From Macrostomum hystrix (lineage: Eukaryota > Animalia > Platyhelminthes): a stretch of 64,000 nt of DNA. The stretch spans positions 248,001-312,000 of the forward strand of contig CATNEN010000024.1 of NCBI GenBank assembly GCA_950097015.1. Reading direction: 5' to 3'. Under the pieces are notes generated by a model. That model was not told where the DNA came from and ran no database searches. It worked only from the letters and a program-made list of their open reading frames with translations. Shown in pieces: positions 49,201 to 60,600 of this stretch; within the stretch, counting starts at the first letter, position 1; the number at the start of each line of letters is the position of its first letter. The position numbers and the translations under genes are program-made.

Positions 49201-52200
49201 CTACCTGTCTCTACCTAATTCTAGGTATCTTTACTTGCCTCTACCTGTCTCTACCTAATTCTAGGTATCTTTACTTGCCTCTACCTGTCTCTACCTAATT
49301 CTAGGTATCTTTACTTGCCTCTACCTGTCTCTACCTAATTCTAGGTATCTTTACTTGCCTCTACCTGTCTCTACCTAATTCTAGGTATATTTACTTGCCT
49401 CTACCTGTCTCTACCTAATTCTAGGTGTCTTTACTTGCCTCTACCTGTCTCTACCTAATTCTAGGTATCTTTACTTGCCTCTACCTGTCTCTACCTAATT
49501 CTAATTGTCTCCACCCGTCTCAATCTGTCTCCACCTGTCTCTAACTAGTTCTAGGTGTCTCTACTATCTAACTCTACCTGTCTCTATATACCTGTCTCTG
49601 TCTGTCTTTTGCTGTCTCTACCTGTCTCTACCTGTCTCTACCTGTCTCTATGCCTATTTAAGCAATAATCTGCCCATCCACTTTGTTCTCTATCGCATGT
49701 CATATACGAGCTACCTCGTATTAACATTATACGAGCTATGTACGAGCTTATTATTATTATTGTTCCATTGTCTATTTCTAGAATTGCAGTGTTAGTACTG
49801 TACTTAAACAACAGCCTATTTTAGCAGCTAACCTGCAGATTTAGACTAAATGCGTATGCTTACCAATAACCTTGGCTATGACTTCGAAAAGGCGATTGGT
49901 CACGCTATCCGCATAGGATTTCAACATTTGAAAGTCTTCCCAGTCGTCCATCTCCGATAAATCACTGAAAGCATTTGGAAGGCTTTTTGTGCTGGCAGAG
50001 TGAAAATGTAGGCTAGCGAACTTTAAAAATAACAACATTCGGGATATCCTTCAGCAGGTTGACTGTACAATCACTCCAGGATCCTTCAGCAGGTTGACTG
50101 TACAATCACTCCAGGATCCTTCAGCAGGTTGACTGTACAATCACTCCAGGATCCTTCAGCAGGTTGACTGTAGTCACTCCAGGATCCTTCAGCAGGTTGA
50201 CTGTACAGTCACTCCAGGATCCTTCAGCAGGTTGACTGTACAGTCACTCCAGGATCCTTCAGCAGGTTGACTGTACAGTCACTCCAGGATCCTTCAGCAG
50301 GTTGACTGTACAATCACTCCAGGATCCTTCAGCAGGTTGACTGTACAATCACTCCAGGATCCTTCAGCAGGTTGACTGTACAATCACTCCAGGATCCTTC
50401 AGCAGGTTGACTGTACAATCACTCCAGTATATCATTCAGCAGGTGGACTGTACAATCACTCCAGTATATCATTCAGCAGGTGGACTGTACAATCACTCCA
50501 GTATATCATTCAGCAGGTGGACTGTACAGTCACTCCAGTATATCCTTCAGCAGGTTGACTGTACAATCACTCCAGGATCCTTCAGCAGGTTGACTGTACA
50601 ATCACTCCAGGATCCTTCAGCAGGTTGACTGTACAGTCACTCCAGGATCCTTCAGCAGGTTGACTGTACAGTCACTCCAGGATCCTTCAGCAGGTTGACT
50701 GTACAATCACTCCAGGATCCTTCAGCAGGTTGACTGTAGTCACTCCAGGATCCTTCAGCAGGTTGACTGTACAGTCACTCCAGTATATCATTCAGCATGT
50801 TGACTGTACAATCACTCCAGTATATCATTCAGCATGTTGACTGTACAGTCACTCCAGTATATCATTCAGCATGTTGACTGTACAATCACTCCAGTATATC
50901 ATTCAGCAGGTTGACTGTACAATCACTCCAGTATATCATTCAGCAGGTTGACTGTACAGTCACTCCAGTATATCCTTCAGCAGGTGGACTGTACAGTCAC
51001 TCCAGTATATCCTTCAGCAGGTTGACTGTACAGTCACTCCAGTATATCATTCAGCAGGTGGACTGTACAATCACTCCAGTATATCATTCAGCAGGTTGAC
51101 TGTACAATCACTCCAGTATATCATTCAGCAGGTTGACTGTACAGTCACTCCAGTATATCCTTCAGCAGGTGGACTGTACAGTCACTCCAGTATATCATTC
51201 AGCTTGTTGACTGTACAGTCACTCCAGTATATCATTCAGCATGATGACTGTACAATCACTCCAGTATATCATTCAGCATGTTGACTGTACAGTCACTCCA
51301 GTATATCATTCAGCATGTTGACTGTACAGTCACTCCAGTATATCCTTCAGCATGTTGACTGTACAGTCACTCCAGTATATCATTCAGCATGTTGACTGTA
51401 CAGACTGTAGACTTGAAAATTTTCTCCCCAGTCCAGCCCACTTAAAATCTATTGATAGCTACTCAGCCTTTTAAGCGTGCAGCACTCACAGAATCTTGGC
51501 CCACTTTTCGTTGTCGAACTTCTCCAGAATCATCTGCTTGGCGCAGAAGTGAATGTGGCCAAACTGCAGTACAAAAATGGGACGGTTGCAGATGAATTAG
51601 ACCTTGATTTCATTATGCAACAATAATAATTATTATATATGCAGGAGGGCTTCGGCCAATGCCACATCGTTTGGTCACACTAGACCCGCAGCCAGCGAGG
51701 AGGCAATTCTGTCCACTTCGCTGACTCCTGAGCACACACTCACAGGTGTGTACATCTGCTCTGACTTTCTCATCTTCAGGCATTGTACACTCTCACTGTG
51801 TCTTGGCTTATGTGGCCGCGGAATCGAGCTCGGGACCTTAGTGCGAGAGGCCGCTCTGCCACTGACCCCTCTACTGGAGCAGTTCTTAATACCTTCGGAT
51901 ATCAGCTGTTATTACTGCAGTGCATGTGCACCCATTCCAAAGGTGCTAGACTGATCCACATATTCTTATTAGGCTCGCCTTCCAGACAAAATAAGCAAAC
52001 ACACGACTTAGTGAAAGAAGCCCATAAAGCTTTATAAAGCCCATATAGCTTTGAAACTTCTTTAATCTAGGTGATTTTCCTTTACGCTCATCTGACAAAG
52101 TGAAGAGGAAAATTCCAGAAAAAACACCTAGACAGGATTTCGCCTTTCTCCTTAATTGGGAAAATTTTTCCCACTGCTGAAAATGAGCTCCATTTGCCAG

Positions 52201-52895
52201 ATTGAAAGTGAGAAGGATAACTTAGGAAGATCTTGCAGTGATTGGGCTTGAGTTTTTGTTGTTTATCGCCTGCTTAACTGGTAGACTTTTTATGAATCGA
52301 CTCTAGCAACGAGGGTCAGTGGTTCGAATCCGTGAAATCAGTTAAATTCATACAAAAAGCTTGATACCCGCTGTGCGGTGAGGACAGATAGCTCCTGACA
52401 TCTGCCCTGACCCTTGAGCACACTCACACACAGGGGTGTACATCTGCCCTGACCCTTGAGCACACTCACTCCCAGGGGTGTACATCTGCCCGACCCTTAA
52501 GCACACTCGCACACAGTGGTGTACATCTGCCCTGACCTTTGAGCACACTCACACACAGGGGTATACATCTGCCCTGACCCTTGAGCACACTCGCACAAAG
52601 GGGTGTACGAACTACATTTGCCCTGACTTCAGGCAGGTACACTCTCACGGGCTGAGGTGCTTGGCCCCTCAATGGTGTAAATTGTACGACAAGCCCTCGA
52701 AGCCTTCTCTCCGCGGTTGCACCCCTAACGAATGTCAGTGGGTTTGATGCCAGACCACAACTCGAACCCCAAAAATACACTAAGCTGAATAATAACTTAA
52801 ACTAGTTGAACTCGTACATCTACGGAATGAATGCACCTCGCAAAAATATCATCATCTGTGATATTATAGATGCGAATTGAATGAGAACTCACCAT
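43264..52895 (-). CDS. Soluble guanylate cyclase, beta/atypical type (H-NOX, PAS/H-NOBA, coiled coil, cyclase, CaaX); copy B, complete, 670 aa
   Basis: Exons in transcription order: ATG 52895-52893, 51563-51490, 49991-49864, 48958-48775, 48692-48619, 47370-46870, 46504-46330, 45779-45485, 45059-44913, 44269-44115, 43540-43264; 2013 nt, all phases compatible. Motifs MFGHIH, NLDSLH (proximal His), YSSTR (YxSxR), [73 protein letters not shown]; ends CRLL. Confidence 0.95.
43650..43800 (+). repeat. 14-bp repeat (GGGAGAGGATTGTA)n, last intron of cyclase B
   Basis: Directly visible. Confidence 0.85.
43947..44122 (-). repeat. About 5 copies of a 33-35-bp unit containing the exon end and 5' splice donor of cyclase B
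   Basis: Minus-strand unit AGCTACCT|GTGAGCTGATTGGTCTGGGGTGGATGT; the first unit is the true donor at 44115/44114. Confidence 0.92.
44660..44850 (+). repeat. 15-bp repeat (GAAGACAGAAGGACT)n, cyclase B intron
   Basis: Directly visible; gives spurious EDRRT and SSVLL ORFs. Confidence 0.95.
45205..45400 (+). repeat. About 3 copies of a 59-bp repeat (CCACGCGAATCATGCGT...GTGACCTTGA), cyclase B intron
   Basis: Directly visible. Confidence 0.85.
45888..46160 (-). mobile_element. SINE family 1 copy in a cyclase B intron, with an inverted 3' fragment at about 46200-46275
   Basis: Homology to 42096-42403; the fragment CCCAGTCCATGGACTAAACAG...GCAC AATAGCTGCGGCTGTG lies on the plus strand. Confidence 0.85.
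47490..48500 (+). repeat. 23-bp minisatellite (GATCATCAGTTGAAGGACAAGGA)n, cyclase B intron
   Basis: Directly visible. Confidence 0.96.
49080..49650 (+). repeat. 40-bp minisatellite (CTAATTCTAGGTATCTTTACTTGCCTCTACCTGTCTCTAC)n with degenerate flanks, cyclase B intron
   Basis: Period checked at 49141/49181. Confidence 0.95.
50045..51405 (+). repeat. 35/37-bp minisatellite (TCCTTCAGCAGGTTGACTGTACAATCACTCCAGGA and a TATATCATT variant), cyclase B intron
   Basis: Directly visible; the two unit types occur in blocks. Confidence 0.96.
51621..51872 (-). mobile_element. tRNA-derived SINE family 2 with an internal deletion
   Basis: Minus strand: A box TGGCAGAGCGG, B-box-like GAGCTCGATTCC, body shared with 62957-63257, (ATT)n tail. 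Confidence 0.75.
52395..52770 (-). mobile_element. SINE family 2 copy whose body has expanded into a ~40-bp tandem repeat
   Basis: Unit CATCTGCCCTGACCCTTGAGCACACTCRCACACAGGGGTGTA x ~5; downstream AAGCCTTCTCTCCGCGG.TG..CCCCTAA.GAATGT is shared with about 63146-63182. Confidence 0.75.
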
Positions 52896-53469
52896 GACGA
52901 TGACAGAAGACTCACTAGTTAGATATTGCTCAGATCAGATCACTGCTGATTCTATAGGCCCTATCGGGAAAGGAAGTCGGCTGTCAGCCTGAGAACTTCA
53001 AGTCAGCCGGTCATATTCCTAATTTATATAGAACAGTGCTCAGGAAGCACAGGTGAGCTTGACGAGGGGCTGGAAGGAGAGAGTTGGACTCCATCTAATA
53101 GCCAACCCGGGGTCGGGGAGGCTTCCGGGCGTCGACTCGGAGCACTTCTAAATATTGTCCGCCAGCTCTGACCAATCGCAATGTCCGAATCCTACTGTTC
53201 TACGTCTCCCCGCGGGAAGCTAATAGAATTTTCTTAATTACTAGCGAGTACTCAGCTGGCTTTGGGTGTTCTCAGATCTCACGAATTGCAGCCAGCTGAG
53301 CAGCTAGTGGGAGGACAGATTTGAAATCCGTCTACTTGGTTGATTAAATGCTGTAATGCTACTTATAGTAGTACGAGTATCGCGTAAACGGTAAAGGCCT
53401 AATGCAATTTTCATCAATGCAACCTAACAGTGCTTAATCTACTAGTAGTACACAGGCGCGCACTTTAAA

Positions 53470-53700
53470 AGTTGAAAGACCCACTGCCTACTCCACGATC
53501 GCTCCCAAACCGAGGACCGATTTCCATGAAAGTACATCGTATAGATCAAAATTTCGATAAAAATAACTTTCAAAGACGTCCGACGATGAATATCTCCGTT
53601 GAATATCTCGACGATGCCGATATCTTGTGATTTTGGAAGTTGTTTCATCGGATCGATCGAACAATTGAAGCCCGTGTTCTGGATTTTCATGGTGATTAAA
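53470..53700 (-). mobile_element. MITE family C internal fragment
   Basis: Shares TGAATATCTCGACGATGC (also near 11717) and, on the reverse complement, GGCAGTGGGT and CCATGAAAATCC with 11398-11879. Confidence 0.6.
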
Positions 53701-54609
53701 TGGGGAGGGAGAAAATTCTGCTCAATAAGAATTACTTAATAGTAATATTTTGCAGGGTGCTGTGAATGCCCACTCATCTGGGCATTTAACACACTGGCCT
53801 TCTCACCTTTGGCTGAGACCCAGATAAATAAGGACGAGTTAAAGCCACGCCACTCACACTGAAACAGACCATTTTTCTCTGCCGAATAAACTATGTAGCA
53901 CTAAAAAAGTATCACACACCCACCCACTCCCCTTCCAACCCTTGCTGTGATCCGATTGGTTGATACGTGGTGCTTCCTCCTAACATTTTTAAGGTCACCC
54001 ACCCCACTCCACGGCCGTCACCTATCTCAATTCTAATTGGCTGGCTGCTTGGAGTAATTGTCAACAGTAAACAGTAAAATGCCTTAGACATAGGTAGGAG
54101 GCATTGTCTTTATTAAAAAAATGAAATATTTTGTCACGCGCAACACTGCGCTTGAATATTATAGGAATGTGTCACATTTGCTGACGAAATTCTTGTATAT
54201 TTTGTCTGTTTTGTCTGACGACAAGCAATACAGTTTTGTTACGTCGCCATAACTAAAAATCATGACAATACGTATTAAAATAAAAATGTTACAATACAAA
54301 CTAATGGACACTTGTTCATGCAAGCGCACGAAAATTATCAGACATTAAATCTGAAGCAACACAACATAAAAAGCAACTAAATTTGCATCACAACATTAAA
54401 AGCGTGATAAAAATATTCGGTCCTTTACAAATAACCTTTTACTAATAGTAGTACTCGTATGTGTGCATACAGTAGGCAGCATACTCTCAGCTCATCGATA
54501 GAATTTTACCGAATCATCGAGTCATACAAACAAGCGATGGCCGCGTACAGATGTCAGTATTTATACTTCTAGCAGACACAATTTTCGAGCTCGTAACTGC
54601 ACTGAAGTC

Positions 54610-57600
54610 TCACAGCACGGTACAGACGCTAGTCTTCACCAAAGCGACTGGCGTCTCTGCTGACTGTCCAGACGGCTGCGCCCTGCCGCCGCTGGTGTCC
54701 GGTTTTTTCTCGTCCCAGGTCTGCACATTCTTCCAGGCGGCCGCCGTCTCCTTGGCGGCGCTGCAGTCGGCGCCGGCAGGGCCCAGCAGGAAGTAGGTGC
54801 GCATCTCGCCCTTGCCCTTGACGTAGATCTTGCCCCTGGGCTCAGTCACGTGACTGTCCTTGACCAGGCTGCGGTTTGCAGGCGGGTGGGAGCGAAGGTG
54901 GTTAAAAAAACAGTGTAAGAAAAGAAAAACAGACAAAAAATAACATCCGAAATAACATGGTGGTCAAAGCCGAGAGTCGAAAAACAAGAATGAAGATCAA
55001 AGAATGATCTGCAAGATTAGTGAATCATCTGCAGGATTTGAGAATGATCTGCTGGATTAGATAATGAATTGAAGGATTAGAGAAGGAACTGAAGGATTAA
55101 AGAATGATCTGAAGGATTAGATAAGGAACTGAAGGATTAGAGAAGGAACTGAAGGATTAGAGAAGGAACTGAAGGATTAAAGAATGATCTGAAGGATTAG
55201 ATAAGGAACTGAAGGATTAGAGAAGGAACTGAAGGATTAGAGAAGGATCTGAAGGATTAGAGAAGGAACTGAAGGATTAAAGAATGATCTGAAGGATTAG
55301 ATAAGGAACTGAAGGATTAGAGAAGGAACTGAAGGATTAGAGAAGGAACTGAAGGATTAAAGAATGATCTGAAGGATTAGATAAGGAACTGAAGGATTAG
55401 AGAAGGAACTGAAGGATTAGAGAATGATCTGAAGGATTAGATAAGGAACTGAAGGATTAGAGAAGGAACTGAAGGATTAGAGAAGGAACTGAAGGATTAA
55501 AGAATGATCTGAAGGATTAGATAAGGAACTTAAGGATTAGAGAAGGAACTGAAGGATTAAAGAAGGAACTGAAGGATTAGAGAAGGAACTGAAGGATTAG
55601 AGAATGAACTGAAGGATTAAAGAATGAACTGAAGGATTAGAGAAGGAACTGAAGGATTAAAGAAGGAACTGAAGGATTAGAGAAGGAACTGAAGGATTAG
55701 AGAAGGAACTGAAGGATTAGAGAAGGAACTGAAGGATTAGAGAAGGAACTGAAGGATTAAAGAATGATCTGAAGGATTAGATAAGGAACTGAAGGATTAG
55801 AGAAGGAACTGAAGGATTAGAGAAGGAACTGAAGGATTAAAGAATGATCTGAAGGATTAGAGAAGGAACTGAAGGATTAGAGAAGGAACTGAAGGATTAG
55901 AGAAGGAACTGAAGGATTAAAGAATGATCTGAAGGATTAGAGAAGGAACTGAAGGATTAGAGAAGGAACTGAAGGATTAGAGAAGGAACTGAAGGATTAG
56001 AGAAGGAACTGAAGGATTAGATAAGGAACTTAAGGATTAGATAAGGAACTTAAGGATTAAATAATGATCTAAAGGATTCGAGAAGGAACTGAAGGATTAG
56101 AGAATGAACTGAAGGATCAAAGAATGATCTGCAAGATTAGAGAAGGAACTGAAGGATTAGAGAAGGAACTGAAGGATTAGAGAAGGAACTGAAGGATTAG
56201 ATAATGAACTGAAGGATTAGAGAAGGAACTGAAGGATTAGAGAATGAACTGAAGGATTAAAGAATGAACTGAAGGATTAGAGAAGGAACTGAAGGGGTAG
56301 AGAATGAACTGAAGGATTAGAGAATGAACTAAATAATTATAAGATTCTGAACTAAAGGAATATAGAGAATTAACAGAACTCGAGACTGAACTGAATGGAT
56401 TGAACTGAATGAGGTAAAAGAAGATGAGGTCTAATGTCCCTAGAAGTACTTGGGTTCACGCGGCGCAGTCTAGAGTAGCTCTAAAAATAGCAGCCCGCAA
56501 GCTGATCGAATCGAACACCTGAGCTGAAGTCAAGCAATTCGTCCCAATATTTCAGCATAATAGCCTAGGTAGGATTATATTGAAAATTGAGGTACTTTAT
56601 CGCAGAGCTAAATTCTGGCAGATAATCCGCTTAGTTGACCGCGAAATTGGAACAATAATCGGATTAGCCACTGCAGACTCCGCAAAATCCAGCTATTTTG
56701 AAAAAGCCTCCTACCATAGCAGTTACGGCCTACACTATGAATACTCCATACTCATAATTTATATGCATTGGAGCTCAAAATCATCGATTGTAAACAAGCT
56801 TAACCACAAGACACTCATACTCCCTTCTCCTGTACGTCCCTTACAGGCAGCTTCATCAAATCTAGTCTACCAGCTTCATCAGCTCACAGGTAGCTACATC
56901 TCCTAGACCAATCAGCTCACAGGTAGCTACATCTCCTAGACCAATCAGCTCACAGGTAGCTACATTTCCTAGACCAATCAGCTCACAGGTAGCTACACCT
57001 CCTAGACCAATTAGCTCACAGGTAGCTACATCTCCTAGACCAATCAGCTCACAGGTAGCTATATCCACCCCCAGACCAATCAGCTCACAGGTAGCTACAT
57101 CCACCCCAGACCAATCAGCTCACAGGTAGCTATATCCACCCCCAGACCAATCAGCTCACAGGTAGCTACATCCACCCCAGACCAATCAGCTCACAGGTAG
57201 CTATATCCACCCCAGACCAATCAGCCCACAGGTAGCTACATCCACCCCAGACCAATCAGCTCACAGGTAGCTACATCCACCCCAGACCAATCAGCTCACA
57301 GGTAGCTATATCCACCCCAGACCAATCAGCTCACAGGTAGCTATATCCACCCCAGACCAATCAGCCCACAGGTAGCTATATCCACCCCCAGACCAATCAG
57401 CTCACAGGTAGCTATATCCACCCCAGACCAATCAGCCCACCGATAGCTACATCTCCTAGACCAATCAGCTCACAGGTAGCTATATCCACCCCAGACCAAT
57501 CAGCCCACAGGTAGCTATATCCACCCCCAGACCAATCAGCTCACAGGTAGCTATATCCACCCCAGACCAATCAGCCCACAGGTAGCTATATCCACCCCCA

Positions 57601-60600
57601 GACCAATCAGCTCACAGGTAGCTACATCCAACCCAGACCAATCAGCTCACAGGTAGCTATATCCACCCCAGACCAATCAGCCCACAGGTAGCTACATCCA
57701 CCCCAGACCAATCAGCTCACAGGTAGCTATATCCACCCCAGACCAATCAGCCCACCGATAGCTACATCTCCTAGACCAATCAGCTCACAGGTAGCTATAT
57801 CCACCCCAGACCAATCAGCCCACAGGTAGCTATATCCACCCCCAGACCAATCAGCTCACAGGTAGCTATATCCACCCCAGACCAATCAGCCCACCGATAG
57901 CTACATCTCCTAGACCAATCAGCTCACAGGTAGCTATATCCACCCCAGACCAATCAGCCCACAGGTAGCTATATCCACCCCCAGACCAATCAGCTCACAG
58001 GTAGCTATATCCACCCCAGACCAATCAGCCCACAGGTAGCTACATCCACCCCAGACCAATCAGCTCACAGGTAGCTATATCCACCCCAGACCAATCAGCC
58101 CACCGATAGCTACATCTCCTAGACCAATCAGCTCACAGGTAGCTATATCCACCCCAGACCAATCAGCCCACAGGTAGCTACATCTCCCAGACCAATCAGC
58201 TCACAGGTAGCTATATCCACCCCAGACCAATCAGCCCACAGGTAGCTACATCTCCCAGACCAATCAGCTCACAGGTAGCTATATCCACCCCAGACCAATC
58301 AGCTCACAGGTAGCTACATCTTCCAGACCAATCAGCTCACAGGTAGCTATATCCACCCCAGACCAATCAGCTCACAGGTAGCTACATCTCCCAGACCAAT
58401 CAGCTCACAGGTAGCTATATCCACCCCAGACCAATCAGCTCACAGGTAGCTATATCCACCCCAGACCAATCAGCTCACAGGTAGCTATATCCACCCCAGA
58501 CCAATCAGCTCACAGGTAGCTATATCCACCCCAGACCAATCAGCTCACAGGTAGCTATATCCACCCCAGAACAATCAGCTCACAGGTAGCTACATCTCCC
58601 AGACCAATCAGCTCACAGGTAGCTGGGCTCGGACATGTGCACGAGTCCCGGGCAGCCGTGCGACTCCATCCTGGAGGCCGTGTTGACGGTGTCGCCGAAC
58701 AGGCAGAAGCGGGGCATCTTCTCGCCCACCACGCCAGTCACAACAGGCCCCGAGTGCATGCCTACGCGAATCTGCAGGATATTGTTTTTATAACGAATCA
58801 GGACCAGGGAGAATAGAATTGCATTTACGCTCCAGGGAAATGAACAGCAATTAAATGAGCACAACATGAGTCTACTGTGTAACAGATAGCTTAAATGCTA
58901 GAGAACTTTGATTTCTAGCTAGCTTGGCTGAGTTAATCCTGAGGTAGCAGGTCTCGCCCATTCGCTGGCTTGGAATGAATGAAGGCTCTTACTAGAAGCA
59001 TCTTGCCAAGAAGATTCGGATAAGTTGCATGAGAAGCTATGCTCAAATAGAACCGTACAAAACTCGAAGCGGCTGTTGTTGTTTACTAAGGGCAGAATTT
59101 CCGCCTCTCCCCGCGAGTCGCATTTTTAACTCTTTCAACGTGTTCCACCACTAGCTGGATGCGAGATAACTGCGGATATTTAATCTCACAGATTCAACTT
59201 GAATCCTTTCATTGAATATTATAAGCTTCTTTAGCTCGTATCATGAAATCGTAGACAACTGAATCCGAACTATCCCATACCCAATCCTTCAGTTCATTCC
59301 CAATCCTTCAGTTCATTCCCAATCCTTCAGTTCATTCCCAATCCTTCAGTTCATCCACAATCCTTCAGTTCATTCCCAATCCTTCAGTTCATCCCCAATC
59401 CTTCAGTTCATTCCCAATCCTTCAGTTCATCCCCAATCCTTCAGTTCATCCACAATCCTTCAGTTCATTCCCAATCCTTCAGTTCATCCCCAATCCTTCA
59501 GTTCATCCCATCCCCAATCCTTCAGTTCATTCCCAATCCTTCAGTTCATCCCCAATCCTTCAGTTCATCCCATCCCCAATCCTTCAGTTCATTCCCAATC
59601 CTTCAGTTCATCCCCAATCCTTCAGTTCATCCCATCCCCAATCCTTCAGTTCCTCCCATCCCCAATCCTTCATTTCATCCCATCCCCAATCCTTCAGTTC
59701 CTCCCATCCCCAATCCTTCAGTTCATTCCCAATCCTTCAGTTCATTCACAATCCTTCAGTTCATTCCCAATCCTTCAGTTCATCCACAATCCTTCAGTTC
59801 ATCCCATCCCCAATCCTTCAGTTCATCCCATCCCCAATCCTTCAGTTCATCCCATCCCCAATCCTTCAGTTCATCCCATCCCCAATCCTTCAGTTCATCC
59901 CATCCCCAATCCTTCAGTTCATCCCATCCCCAATCCTTCAGTTCATCCCATCCCCAATCCTTCAGTTCCTCCCATCCCCAATCCTTCAGTTCATCCCATC
60001 CTCAATCCTTCAGTTCATCCACAATCCTTCAGTTCATCCACCATCCTTCAGTTCATCCCCAATCCTTCAGTTCATTCCCAATCCTTCAGTTCATTCCCAA
60101 TCCTTCAGTTCATCCACAATCCTTCAGTTCATTCCCAATCCTTCGATTCATCCCAATCCTTCAGTTAATCCCTAATTCTTCAGTTAATCCCTAATCCTTC
60201 AGTTAATCCCTAATCCTTCAGTTAATCTCTAATCCTTCAGTTAATCCATAATCCTTCAGTTAATCCCTAATCCTTCAGTTAATCCCAAATCCTTTAGTTC
60301 ATTCCTAATCCTTCAGATCATGCAGCCTGTACCTGTATGCAGCTGTCGCTATAACAGCCGGCGGCGCGCACCTGCTTCGCGCTGGCCAGCATGTCCAGGC
60401 CCTGATTGGCCACCCGCTGCGCGTGATCGTCGAACCGTTCGGGGCAGCCGCCAACCACCATGTAGGCGTCGCCTATTGTCTCCACCTGGGCCATTCAGGG
60501 TGAAACGATTAAAGATTTGAGTAAACATTCACAATGTCAATGAAACCAAGAGTTAAATAACTCTTTGCTGACTGTGGTTAGACCATAGAAAGAACCGACG

